Part shown: positions 1-8,837 of the stretch, piece after piece | Position numbering within the stretch: the first letter of the stretch is position 1 | Layout of the letters: every line of letters starts with the position of its first letter | Assembly (NCBI GenBank): GCA_038061715.1 | Contig: JBBTYP010000011.1 | Span: 1-52,231, forward strand | Length of the DNA stretch: 52,231 nt | Reading direction: 5' to 3' | Source: Patescibacteria group bacterium | GTDB taxonomy: Bacteria > Patescibacteriota > Minisyncoccia > Phycocordibacterales > UBA918 | The notes under the pieces: model-generated | Told to the model about the DNA's origin: nothing | What the model saw: only the letters and a program-made list of their open reading frames with translations | Databases searched by the model: none | Program-made: the position numbers and the translations under genes

Positions 1-456
1 GACGAAGATAATGACGACGAAGATAATGACGACGACGATAATGATGACGACGAAGATAATGATGACGAGGAAGATGAAGATGATGACGATAACGCTTCGT
101 CAACTGACGCTACTCGGGGCGACGCTGTAGAAGCTATTGCTGAGGCGCAAAAGGCTATCGATGATCTCAGAGCTGACATCGAAACTATGGAAGATGAAGA
201 TGTTGATCAAGATGAAATCGATGATGCTCGCGATGCTCTTCGATCTGCCCAGAAGAAACTTATCGAAGCCCGACGTAAACTCAATCGCGGACAGTTTGAC
301 AATGCGGTTGAAAAAGCCAATGACTCACTGGAAGAAGCGACTGGAGTAGACGATTCCGATGATAGTGATGACGAAGATGATGATGATGAAGATGAAGATG
401 AAGATGACGATGATGAAGATGACGACGATGACGATGACGAAGAAGATGATGACTAA
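1..456 (+). CDS. C-terminal part of a very acidic Asp/Glu-rich low-complexity protein (5' truncated by window)
   Basis: Frame 1 is open from base 1 (DEDNDDEDND...) through a helical segment to a poly-D/E tail and TAA at 454-456, followed by a terminator. Confidence 0.8.
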   Translation, partial: DEDNDDEDNDDDDNDDDEDNDDEEDEDDDDNASSTDATRGDAVEAIAEAQKAIDDLRADIETMEDEDVDQDEIDDARDALRSAQKKLIEARRKLNRGQFDNAVEKANDSLEEATGVDDSDDSDDEDDDDEDEDEDDDDEDDDDDDDEEDDD

Positions 457-472
457 TAAATAATGTCATTAC

Positions 473-502
473 AAAAAAGCCGGCGCGTAGCGCCGGTTTT
501 TT
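473..502. terminator. Bidirectional intrinsic terminator
   Basis: AAAAAAGCCGGCGC-GTA-GCGCCGGTTTTTT. Confidence 0.8.
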
Positions 503-519
503 GTGATAGTATGATCGGA

Positions 520-921
520 ATGTTTTTTCGGAAGCGAATAAGAATAGTTAGAAAACGGGCTGCGACGGTTACTAAACATTACGTATCACACAAAGAAGAG
601 GCGCGCGCTTTCGTCTTGGCGCGCCTTTTGCATTTCAATCAGCACTATCAGCTCTCTTGGAATCGGGTTGCAATCCGAAATCAACGCCGGTGTTGGGGGA
701 GTTGCTCGGCCAAAGGGAATCTGAATTTCAACTACAAGATTCTCTTTCTTCCAGCCCAGCTAGCTGACTACATTATCGTCCACGAACTCTGTCATCTCAC
801 TCATCTTCATCATGGAAAAGTATTTTGGGACTTAGTTGCTGAACAAATTCCTGATTATAGAAAATCTCTTTTAGAGCTTCGAGAAATCGACAAGCGCGGA
901 CACGGAGCTCTATTAAAATAA
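520..921 (+). CDS. M48/YgjP (SprT-like) zinc metallo-hydrolase
   Basis: RNQRRCWGSCS and DYIIVHELCHL (HExxH) motifs; start placed downstream of the terminator (ORF track starts at 463). Confidence 0.85.
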   Translation: MFFRKRIRIVRKRAATVTKHYVSHKEEARAFVLARLLHFNQHYQLSWNRVAIRNQRRCWGSCSAKGNLNFNYKILFLPAQLADYIIVHELCHLTHLHHGKVFWDLVAEQIPDYRKSLLELREIDKRGHGALLK

Positions 922-1533
922 TCAGTTGTCTCTTGTGTGCCACAAAGCAAGAGAAGCGACTGTCTTATGAGGCGACCATGAATTTATAGTGTTTTCAATT
1001 TTACGTTTAAAGCGAGGCTGATAGTTGTAGTTTGAGTACAGGCTTTGCATCAGACCTAGATCGCCATAAGAAAATACATCTGGTCGAGCCAATGAAAACA
1101 TCAAAAACATTTCAGCAGTCCAACGACCAATGCCGTAGAGTTTGGTTAGTTCAGCAATAATTTGATCATCTGACATCAGGGTAAAATTTTTGTAGGGAAT
1201 TTCGGGCCACACTTTTGCATTATGTTTCAAGTACTGCGTTTTCTTAGCTGATAGCCCACAATTTTTGAGCTCTAAGAAATCCGCCGCTAGGACAGTTTCT
1301 GGAGTCAGTTTTCCAAGGAGGACAATCACGCGAGCTTTAATCGAACGGGCAGCGGCGGTACTGATTTGTTGGCTGATAATTGAGGTGACTATACTTCCGA
1401 AGTATTCAGTCTTTCGTTTGGGGGTAGGAAGGGTAAGTGGCTCGGTACCTTTAAGAGAAGTTTCAAGCAAATGAGCCATCACCGGGTCGTGCTGTTTGAA
1501 ATGTTTTAAAGCGGCTTTCGTATCAAGAGGCAT
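922..1533 (-). CDS. alkA: DNA-3-methyladenine glycosylase II (HhH-GPD family)
   Basis: IISQQIS, LYGIGRWTAEMFLMFSLARPDVFSYGDLG HhH-GPD motif. Confidence 0.9.
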   Translation of the reverse strand: MPLDTKAALKHFKQHDPVMAHLLETSLKGTEPLTLPTPKRKTEYFGSIVTSIISQQISTAAARSIKARVIVLLGKLTPETVLAADFLELKNCGLSAKKTQYLKHNAKVWPEIPYKNFTLMSDDQIIAELTKLYGIGRWTAEMFLMFSLARPDVFSYGDLGLMQSLYSNYNYQPRFKRKIENTINSWSPHKTVASLALWHTRDN

Positions 1534-1574
1534 AGTTTTGAATTAATGAGAATACTACATCATTTTGTGGTAGC

Positions 1575-2801
1575 ATGTCAGACATGAAGAAAATAAGTAT
1601 CGTCTTAGCTGTCTTTTGCCTAGTTTTAAGTCCTTTTAATCCAGTTTTGGCGGAGGAAGCCATCTTAACCGCAGAGCCGACGGTTTACATGTTTGGTCGG
1701 GATGACTGCGGCTTTTGTAAGGCACAATTCAAATACCTATTTGATGAAGATATTAAATATGAATATCTAAATATTACTAAAGATGACAAGGCCAAGCAGC
1801 TCTACGACCAAATCACCGCTAAACACGAAGTCTCGAAAGTCACTCCTGTCACTGTCATCGGCGAGACTGTGCTGGCTGGTTTCAATGGACCGCAGACAAC
1901 TGGTGTTGCTATCAAAGAAGCTTTGGAGCGAGCTAAGTATACAGATATCAATACGCTAGAGGATCATCTAGCTAGAGCAGCAAAGCAAGAGGTGGTACTG
2001 GGAGGCGGCTGCACCGGTCTTTCCTGTGAGACAACCGGCGGTAGTCAGTACGTGTTTGATTTACCATTTTTGGGAGTAGTAGATTTGCAAACCTTTTCGC
2101 TGTTTACACTCTCGGCCGTGCTTGGTGTGGTTGACGGTTTCAACCCTTGTGCCATGTGGGTATTGATCACCTTCCTCACTTTACTGTCACAAGCTGGTAG
2201 TAAGCGTAAAATGATTTTCTTGGCTGGCGTCTTTATCGTTGCCGAAGCAGTTATGTACAACCTTATTTTGAATGTTTGGTACAAAACGTGGGACTTTGTG
2301 GCGCTCGACCAATACGTCACACCGCTGGTCGGTGTACTCGCCTTAGGCGGTGGAGCGTTCTTTTTATGGCGCTGGCATAAAAATAAAGACGCGACTTTAG
2401 TGTGCGACATAACTAACCTTGATACTCAAACAAAAACCATCAATAAATTGCAGGCTGTGATCAATCAACCTATTACCATTGCATCAATCCTCGCCATTCT
2501 AGTGATTGCTTTTTCGGTCAATATAATTGAGTTTGCTTGTTCAGTCGGTATTCCTCAGGCCTACACCAAGATTCTTGAAATCAATATGCTGAGTGCGCTT
2601 GAGCGACAGTGGTACATACTTATTTACACAGCGGGCTATATGGTGGACGATTTTATTGTGTTTGGTCTTGCTATCTGGGGTTACTCCAAGCTCCAAGCAC
2701 ACGGTGGCAAATATGCCCAACTATCACTCCTAATCGGTGGAGTTCTAATGCTGCTTCTTGGTGCCATCCTCGTATTCAACCCGACACTCCTTATTCTTTA
2801 A
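1575..2801 (+). CDS. Glutaredoxin-like domain fused to CcdA/DsbD-like transmembrane domain
   Basis: Signal peptide, CGFC motif, DGFNPCAMWVL and IEFACSVGIP TM cysteines, about 6 TM helices. Confidence 0.8.
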   Translation: MSDMKKISIVLAVFCLVLSPFNPVLAEEAILTAEPTVYMFGRDDCGFCKAQFKYLFDEDIKYEYLNITKDDKAKQLYDQITAKHEVSKVTPVTVIGETVLAGFNGPQTTGVAIKEALERAKYTDINTLEDHLARAAKQEVVLGGGCTGLSCETTGGSQYVFDLPFLGVVDLQTFSLFTLSAVLGVVDGFNPCAMWVLITFLTLLSQAGSKRKMIFLAGVFIVAEAVMYNLILNVWYKTWDFVALDQYVTPLVGVLALGGGAFFLWRWHKNKDATLVCDITNLDTQTKTINKLQAVINQPITIASILAILVIAFSVNIIEFACSVGIPQAYTKILEINMLSALERQWYILIYTAGYMVDDFIVFGLAIWGYSKLQAHGGKYAQLSLLIGGVLMLLLGAILVFNPTLLIL

Positions 2802-2804
2802 ACT

Positions 2805-3593
2805 ATGTCCGAAGTTCCAGAATTATTGCTGATTGATAAACCGAAAGGAATCACATCCTTTGATGTAATTCGTGTTTTGAGAAAACAGTACAGAGAAGGC
2901 AGAGGGATTTCTTTAGATGAGATGCGAGGAGCAAGGGAGTCAGCGGAAGAAAGTGTACTGTCAGGTACAGTGCCTGACGATGCGACCGCCGCGACAAAGC
3001 AAAGCGCTAAAAAAATTCCTCGGATGGGGCATGCTGGGACATTGGATCCATTGGCAACTGGCTTGATGATAATTGGCGTTGGCCCAGGTACCAAAAAGTT
3101 GGCTGATCTAGTGAAACTTGATAAGGAGTACATTGCCGAAATTAGAATTGGTGAGAGTCGCACGACTGGAGATATGGAAGGTGAGATAGTAAAAACTAAA
3201 AAAGTCGAAGGATTAAAGTTGGAAGAAGTGGAGAGTGCTTTAGCTAAAATGCTGGGAACTTTGGAATTACCCGTCTCGGCTTACAGTGCAATCAAAGTCG
3301 ATGGTGTCCCGATGTATAAGCGTGCACGTCAAGCGGAAGAGACAGGGGAAGTAGTGCTTACAGTTCCCGTGCGACAGATGCGGGTCGATGAGGCTCTTTG
3401 TGTAGCATTGATGATACACAAAGAGCTAGCGGTAGCGACAGTGCGCTTTACGGTTGGTTCGGGCACTTACATCCGCTCGCTGGCTGAAGAACTCGGTCGG
3501 CGCCTTGGCTATCCCGCCACTCTTCAAGACCTTCGTCGCATTAAGGTAGGGAGGTTTGATATTAAAGATGCCACCCCATTGGATTTTGTATAA
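2805..3593 (+). CDS. truB: tRNA pseudouridine(55) synthase, carrying a ~40-aa in-frame insertion
   Basis: IDKPKGITSFDV, GHAGTLDPLATG, YSAIKVDG, GTYIRSLAE motifs. Confidence 0.95.
   Translation: MSEVPELLLIDKPKGITSFDVIRVLRKQYREGRGISLDEMRGARESAEESVLSGTVPDDATAATKQSAKKIPRMGHAGTLDPLATGLMIIGVGPGTKKLADLVKLDKEYIAEIRIGESRTTGDMEGEIVKTKKVEGLKLEEVESALAKMLGTLELPVSAYSAIKVDGVPMYKRARQAEETGEVVLTVPVRQMRVDEALCVALMIHKELAVATVRFTVGSGTYIRSLAEELGRRLGYPATLQDLRRIKVGRFDIKDATPLDFV
2902..3021 (+). repeat. ERIC-like palindromic element, copy A (inside truB, in frame, 120 bp)
   Basis: Terminal IR AGGGATTTCTTTAG/CTAAAAAAATTCCT (12/14), central TGTAC-N6-GTACA hairpin, shared layout with copies B-D. Confidence 0.65.
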
Positions 3594-3622
3594 AAAAGTG
3601 GCGCGCGGTTAAGCCGCGCGCC
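3592..3622 (-). terminator. Intrinsic terminator between truB and the convergent orphan gene
   Basis: AAAAAAGT GGCGCGCGG TTAAG CCGCGCGCC. Confidence 0.7.
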
Positions 3623-3642
3623 GTGAATGGGTTCGTCGATAT

Positions 3643-3912
3643 TCAGCAAAGCCGAGTTCGATCGATGAGCCTGGGGGAGGTTTCGAGAAAATCCGCCAGA
3701 TGTAAGGTCGCTTCAATGAGGTCTTCCTTCGTAAAGGTGTCGGGGAGGCAAATGATGAAGCCTCCGTCTTTACGAAACAAGATCTCCAGTTCGTTGTCGT
3801 ATCCCTTCTGGATACGCTCGAACTCCTCAATAATTGAGAGCCGAGCACCCTGTTGCCCAAGCATTTCAGGCTTGAGAACAAAAGCTCTCGTGGTTTCAAA
3901 AATTTTGCACAT
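3643..3912 (-). CDS. Hypothetical (orphan) protein
   Basis: ORF with SD-like GAGGGG before ATG 3912 (ORF track extends to 3966) and own terminator. Confidence 0.55.
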   Translation of the reverse strand: MCKIFETTRAFVLKPEMLGQQGARLSIIEEFERIQKGYDNELEILFRKDGGFIICLPDTFTKEDLIEATLHLADFLETSPRLIDRTRLC

Positions 3913-4039
3913 ACCTAACCCCTCTTTGTCCAAAATGACAAGCATTATTAAAGCATACTTAGTCAATTATGTAAAGAAAAGCCGCACTGGTTAAAGTGCG
4001 ACTTAAGTCTGAGGCTGCCGATTCTGCTCAAATTCAGGC

Positions 4040-4552
4040 TTAGCTTCCTGAAAGAATGGAGTAGACAACCTCGGTACCCTTGTTTTGGTGCATTTCAATA
4101 TGATGCTGGTTTCGACAGGGACGACCTTCCACTGTCACCGAACCAAGCTGAAAGCCCTGGCTACTGAAAAATGATTCGGACTTGGTTTGGGTCGGGTGGT
4201 GGAAAAGGGTAACCTCCCTGGTATTTTCCTCCACCGATACCAGCCAGTGTTTGTCGAGGAGAGGTTTAGTAACCAAGGCCTCCTTCACTTGCTTGAAATA
4301 CTCCGAAGCAAGGGCACGAATGACTGTCCACTCTGATTCGGGCACCTTAAGCTGTTTAAGGGCAAAGGTAGCCGCCTCTGAGTAGTCCTGTCTGTGGGCT
4401 CTTGCGCCTCCCGATTTCAAAAATATTATTGTTTGTGACAAATTAGAATAATCGAAATCGCGACGCTCGTGGTCGTATTCTTTCCAACAGATCTTACTCA
4501 AAATTGGCTCGACAATGAGAGGACCACTGTCGTGTCGATACTGTGTAGCCAC
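4040..4552 (-). CDS. Hypothetical (orphan) protein
   Basis: 170-aa ORF, AAAGGA before GTG, downstream hairpin at ~3977-4004. Confidence 0.6.
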   Translation of the reverse strand: MATQYRHDSGPLIVEPILSKICWKEYDHERRDFDYSNLSQTIIFLKSGGARAHRQDYSEAATFALKQLKVPESEWTVIRALASEYFKQVKEALVTKPLLDKHWLVSVEENTREVTLFHHPTQTKSESFFSSQGFQLGSVTVEGRPCRNQHHIEMHQNKGTEVVYSILSGS

Positions 4553-4612
4553 GCCAAATTTCCTTTCACCATGAGCGGAACTGCTCTAAGTATTTTATAC
4601 AACGGAACGAAA

Positions 4613-4792
4613 TTAATGTCTAGTCTCCAATTCACGTAGCTCTGCCTCACGCAGCTCGATTTCTTCTTGTATCTCAGCAGCAAACTTTGCATCGGAAGTG
4701 TTAGCTATTTTGTTATTTTGTAAGGCTTTAATATCAGAACGTAGGATGTCCGCTCTTGAAAGGTCGCTTTGGTTAGACTCAAATTTTTGCAT
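4613..4792 (-). CDS. Small 59-aa coiled-coil protein (below ORF-track cutoff)
   Basis: MQKFESNQSDLSRADILRSDIKALQNNKIANTSDAKFAAEIQEEIELREAELRELETRH; ATG lies 2 nt after the yqeY stop. Confidence 0.6.
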   Translation of the reverse strand: MQKFESNQSDLSRADILRSDIKALQNNKIANTSDAKFAAEIQEEIELREAELRELETRH

Positions 4793-4794
4793 AA

Positions 4795-5244
4795 TTAAAA
4801 CAGTGATTCGACAACAGACTTCACATCCGCGCCATCGGCCTGGCCGGCTAGCTCTTTAATAATGGCACCCATCAGCATACCCATTTTACTCTTATCCTCA
4901 ATTCCGAGTTCGGCTTTTTTGGCTTCAGCAATCGGGCGTATTTCGTCTAGGCTCATCATCTGGGGGAGATAACTCTCAAGTACCACCAATTCGTCTTTTT
5001 CTGGCGCAGCTAGTTCAGGGCGATTGGCGGCCTCGTACTGCACGATTGATTCTTTGCGCTGTTTGGCTAGTCGCTTAATGACAGCGAGCACTTGCTCATC
5101 GTTCAATATAGTTTGCGGCGTACCGCCTGAAGCAACTGCTTCATTAGTAAAAGCAGTGAGCATGCTGCGGATAGTCCGCAGGCGCACTTCTTCGCGGGCT
5201 TTCATGGCGTCCTTAAGCGACGCCCTTATTTCTTCTTGTAACAT
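4795..5244 (-). CDS. yqeY: GatB/YqeY domain protein
   Basis: LKDAMKARE...KQRKESIVQYEAANRPELA...ELVVLESYLPQ...MGMLMG...GQADG. Confidence 0.9.
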   Translation of the reverse strand: MLQEEIRASLKDAMKAREEVRLRTIRSMLTAFTNEAVASGGTPQTILNDEQVLAVIKRLAKQRKESIVQYEAANRPELAAPEKDELVVLESYLPQMMSLDEIRPIAEAKKAELGIEDKSKMGMLMGAIIKELAGQADGADVKSVVESLF

Positions 5245-5283
5245 AATGGGCCCATTTTAACACATAATGTTATTATATTTGGC

Positions 5284-6363
5284 ATGGAACCGATACTCAT
5301 TATCCTCATTATTTTACTAGTTGCCGTCAATGCCTTGGTGGTGTGGCAACTCCTGAAGCCAAAGGAGCAAAAACAGGAAAATACTGAAGGGATGGTTTTG
5401 CTGCAAAAACAGCTACAAGATCTTACCCGTACTATGGACGCTCGTATGGGACAAACCGCCGACAAAATGTATGAGTCAATGCGTGATCAAAGTAGTCAGA
5501 GTCAGAAACTGATTCAGGAGGTAAATCGTCAAGTCAATGAACAGCTACGCGACGTAGTGCAACGCACGACCGAAGTGGGGGAGAGTTCTAAGCAAGTGTT
5601 TGCTGTCGCCGACCAACTTAAAGAACTGCAAAATATTTTGAAGAACCCAAAGCAGCGGGGTATCTTAGGCGAATACTATCTAGAGACAGTCTTACAAAAT
5701 GTCCTGCCACCAGACAGCTTCCAAATGCAATACGCCTTTAATGATGGGGAGATTGTCGACGCGGTAGTGTTTGTAAAAGGAAAGATCATTCCGATTGACT
5801 CCAAGTTTTCACTCGATAACTACAACCGTTTTGCTGAAGCAGCTGATGGCGCCGATAAAGTGCAGTTTGAAAAAGTATTTGTGAATGACCTAAAGTTGCG
5901 TATCTCTGAAACAGCTAAGTACATTCGCCCCACCGAGAAGACGACCGACTTCGCCTTTATGTTTATTCCGCACGAGGGAATCTACTATGACTTACTTTCC
6001 AATAAAGTGGGGGCGGGAGAAGACAATTTAATCCAACGAGCGGCTGGCAAGTACAAGGTGATTATTGTGTCACCAACTTCATTTTTGGCTTATCTCCAGA
6101 CAGTCTTGCAAGGGCTTAAGGCGATGGAAATTGAAGAAAAAGCGCAAGACATCATCAAGAATGTTGAGAAGCTATCAGGGCATATTGCACGCTATGAGGA
6201 TTACTACAACAAGCTGGGTAAGACACTTGAAACAACCGTCAATCACTACAACACCGGCTATAAGGAGCTAGGGAAAATTGATAAGGATATTTTACGTATC
6301 ACTGGCGAATCCGCCGCAGTAGAAGTTATGTCGCTAGAAAAACCAAAAGAAAAAGATGAATAA
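5284..6363 (+). CDS. rmuC: DNA recombination protein RmuC
   Basis: N-terminal TM plus coiled coil, KQRGILGE, IPIDSKF, TTDFAFMFIPHEG, IVSPTS. Confidence 0.9.
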   Translation: MEPILIILIILLVAVNALVVWQLLKPKEQKQENTEGMVLLQKQLQDLTRTMDARMGQTADKMYESMRDQSSQSQKLIQEVNRQVNEQLRDVVQRTTEVGESSKQVFAVADQLKELQNILKNPKQRGILGEYYLETVLQNVLPPDSFQMQYAFNDGEIVDAVVFVKGKIIPIDSKFSLDNYNRFAEAADGADKVQFEKVFVNDLKLRISETAKYIRPTEKTTDFAFMFIPHEGIYYDLLSNKVGAGEDNLIQRAAGKYKVIIVSPTSFLAYLQTVLQGLKAMEIEEKAQDIIKNVEKLSGHIARYEDYYNKLGKTLETTVNHYNTGYKELGKIDKDILRITGESAAVEVMSLEKPKEKDE

Positions 6364-6383
6364 ACTAAACTAAAAAGGCGATC

Positions 6384-6476
6384 AAAAACTAGCGATTAAT
6401 CGCTAGTTTTTATAAAACTTTTGGCTGACATCCAGTGTTAGTTAAAGTGTCAAACACCCTATGTTTGACACTTTAA
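6384..6476. repeat. Cluster of perfect palindromes/hairpins (terminator and REP-like)
   Basis: 28-bp loopless palindrome 6384-6411 AAAAACTAGCGATTAATCGCTAGTTTTT; 15-bp-arm hairpin 6442-6476 TTAAAGTGTCAAACA-CCCTA-TGTTTGACACTTTAA. Confidence 0.7.
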
Positions 6477-6533
6477 TAAGTGAGGGTGGATTTAAGAAAC
6501 GGCCGCGGCACCAGGGGTGCGCGGCCGTCGCCG

Positions 6534-6755
6534 TTAGGGCAGGAACAGGGTGTTTAGTTTCTGGACGATGTAGTCCATGACGGACCCCACCAAATCGTAA
6601 ACACTAAGGAATGTCATTACCATTCCTATCCAAAAACAGGCACCAGCGGCCATCAAGAGGCCTTGGTCGTTGGTGATAAAACCCTGAACAGCTACCGTCG
6701 CCAGGGAAAGAAAAGTTAGCCCGAGGCTAACCAGAAGAACTTTAAAGTCTTTCAT
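6534..6755 (-). CDS. Small orphan membrane protein (2 TM)
   Basis: 73-aa hydrophobic ORF, SD GGAG, GC-rich terminator ~6495-6530. Confidence 0.6.
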   Translation of the reverse strand: MKDFKVLLVSLGLTFLSLATVAVQGFITNDQGLLMAAGACFWIGMVMTFLSVYDLVGSVMDYIVQKLNTLFLP

Positions 6756-6767
6756 AGCTAACTCCAG

Positions 6768-6956
6768 TCATGCTACGTAGAGAATAGGATTGTGTTCCGA
6801 AAGTGGAATTTCGACATAGACCTTGATACTGCGTCCAGCGACTTCTATATCGAGCCGTTCCCCTTGGCGGTACTCAGAAGCGGACTTTTGCAGCTGCACC
6901 AGGACATCCTTGCAGTGGCGGCCAGAGCGCTGACGGATGGTCGTTTTTTCAGGCAT
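6768..6956 (-). CDS. Small orphan protein
   Basis: SD GAGGAG before ATG 6956; upstream of and co-oriented with 6534..6755. Confidence 0.55.
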   Translation of the reverse strand: MPEKTTIRQRSGRHCKDVLVQLQKSASEYRQGERLDIEVAGRSIKVYVEIPLSEHNPILYVA

Positions 6957-7271
6957 AAATCTTCTCCTCGTTACCAAATTGGCATTTTTACTCTATACAA
7001 CGAACCTTAAATTTGTCCAGAGCTAGTATATTAGAAATGTTTGCAAAAGGCAATGTTTTATTATTCCGTCCGATCGTCCAATATTTGATGTTGGGCATAG
7101 AAATACCAGGGTAACCCTCCGCATTTTTTAAAAATTTGAGAACTTTGAGAAATCCTTGCTTGCACACTATTTTTCAGAAAGAACTTCGTCCACTGGTCTA
7201 AAGACCAGTATTCTGAAAATTAGTAGTGCGAGCTTGCAAAAAAGCTGATTTCTTGTATTATACTGCCCATC

Positions 7272-7604
7272 ATGGCAACAGATACAGTAAAAAAGGCATT
7301 TGCGGTTATCGCTACGGGCGGTAAGCAATATGTCGTTCGCGAAGGACAGACTATAGAAGTCGAGCTACTTGGTAATCATAGCGAAGGTGACAAGATTGAA
7401 TTTGACACCGTACTTATGACTGACAACGGTACATCAGCCAAGGTAGGAACTCCGCATACTGGCACTAAGGTAACGGCAACTTACCTAGGAGAAGTTAAGG
7501 GCCCGAAGCTTACCATCGTGCGTTACAAAGCAAAGAGTAACCGCGATAGACGAATTGGACACCGACAACACTACGCTTCTATCAAGATCGAAAAGATTGT
7601 TTAA
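7272..7604 (+). CDS. rplU: 50S ribosomal protein L21
   Basis: FAVIATGGKQY, GHRQHY. Confidence 0.97.
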   Translation: MATDTVKKAFAVIATGGKQYVVREGQTIEVELLGNHSEGDKIEFDTVLMTDNGTSAKVGTPHTGTKVTATYLGEVKGPKLTIVRYKAKSNRDRRIGHRQHYASIKIEKIV

Positions 7605-7610
7605 AGAATG

Positions 7611-7641
7611 AAAAAGGCCGGTCCCGAATGGGCCGGCCTTT
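7611..7641. terminator. Bidirectional terminator rplU/orphan
   Basis: AAAAAGGCCGGTCC-CGAAT-GGGCCGGCCTTT. Confidence 0.75.
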
Positions 7642-7646
7642 CGCTA

Positions 7647-7850
7647 TTACAGTGTTTGTTCAAGACGGGTGGCGGCAGTGTTCGCCCAGTGTTTGAACAG
7701 GGTTGGATCTACTTCTTCTGCAATCTGCAGTTTTCGATCGGAATAGCGAAGCTTCGCCATTTTTGGATCGAGTTTTTCTTCCCGAGCGAAATGAGTTCTG
7801 ATCATTTCGTATACGCTCGGGTCGGAGCAAGGAACTGGCATTTCTTTCAT
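7647..7850 (-). CDS. Small orphan protein
   Basis: 67 aa; TGCTATAAT -10 and SD GAGGAG upstream. Confidence 0.6.
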   Translation of the reverse strand: MKEMPVPCSDPSVYEMIRTHFAREEKLDPKMAKLRYSDRKLQIAEEVDPTLFKHWANTAATRLEQTL

Positions 7851-7937
7851 AACGTCTCCTCTACGTATAAGAATATTATAGCATAATATATATAAAAAAC
7901 AATGCCCGGCGTTTGTGATAACGCCGGGCGGTTTGAT

Positions 7938-8147
7938 TCATGGGGCCACTATTGCGCGTGAATCGTGACGATGTAGCTCCAGTAACACCAGACCAAACGA
8001 ACGAATCATGTCGTCGGAAATTTCTCTACGCGCTTCTTCAGGGCAGAGAATACCGCGCTGTTGGGCAATCTTGATTCGAGCTTGATCGTATTTTTCGGCT
8101 GACAGTATTGGCACTGAAATTCTCCGTTCTACTAAGTCGGCTAGCAC
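7938..8147 (-). CDS. Small orphan ORF, possibly a 5'-truncated remnant
   Basis: Protein-like ORF directly after recR with downstream terminator 7894-7930; frame open 12 codons upstream of GTG without SD. Confidence 0.35.
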   Translation of the reverse strand: MLADLVERRISVPILSAEKYDQARIKIAQQRGILCPEEARREISDDMIRSFGLVLLELHRHDSRAIVAP

Positions 8148-8169
8148 GATATCACGTAAGTCTAAAATC

Positions 8170-8787
8170 TCAAAATCGGTTTTTCAATGCATTTTTAATA
8201 GTTTCAGCGTCGGCGTACTCAAGCTCACTACCGGTGGAGAGGCCGCGACCGAGGTGTGATAGCTTTATGGGAGTTTCTTTTAAAATAGGTTCAAGTACGG
8301 TTTCTATAAAGCGACCAGTATTTTCACCATCGGGATTAATTGAGAAGCCGAGAATGACTTCAGTAAGACCTTCGGGAATGCGAGCTTGTACGGTGGCCTT
8401 AAGCGCGCCAGCGCGGAGTTTCTCATTGTCAGTGGAGCGCAGGAGTGGCACTGTACCTCCCAGTACGAAGTACAAGCCATTGTATACTGAAGCTCGCTCG
8501 ATGGCTTGGATGTCAGAATCACGTTCGACCACTAACAGGCGGTCGTGCTCGCGATTTTGTGAACCGCAAATTGAACAAAGATTCGAAGTGCCGCCGTTTT
8601 TAGAAAAGAAACGATGACAGCTATCACACTCGACTACACTACCTTTAATCTCAGCGATGAGTTTGGACAGCTCGGTCACGTCGGCAGCGTTCATAGTAAG
8701 GACATGAAAAGCAAACCGCTTGGCTTGTCGTGCGCCCACACCAGGAAAGGATTCAAATAAGGTTATTAATTTATCTAGATTGTTCAT
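8170..8787 (-). CDS. recR: Recombination mediator RecR
   Basis: FPGVGARQAKR HhH, C4 zinc finger, Toprim, GRGLSTGSELEYAD. Confidence 0.95.
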   Translation of the reverse strand: MNNLDKLITLFESFPGVGARQAKRFAFHVLTMNAADVTELSKLIAEIKGSVVECDSCHRFFSKNGGTSNLCSICGSQNREHDRLLVVERDSDIQAIERASVYNGLYFVLGGTVPLLRSTDNEKLRAGALKATVQARIPEGLTEVILGFSINPDGENTGRFIETVLEPILKETPIKLSHLGRGLSTGSELEYADAETIKNALKNRF

Positions 8788-8837
8788 ATCAAGTAATATC
8801 TAACGCTCAAAGCTGTTGTTGCATAAAAAGTGCGAGC

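Noticed and set aside
1-469. Tandem repeats as a CRISPR array; poly-His ORF 281..469 (-)
   Set aside because: Triplet-periodic coding repeats with no spacers; the His-rich ORF is the antisense shadow of GAT/GAC codons
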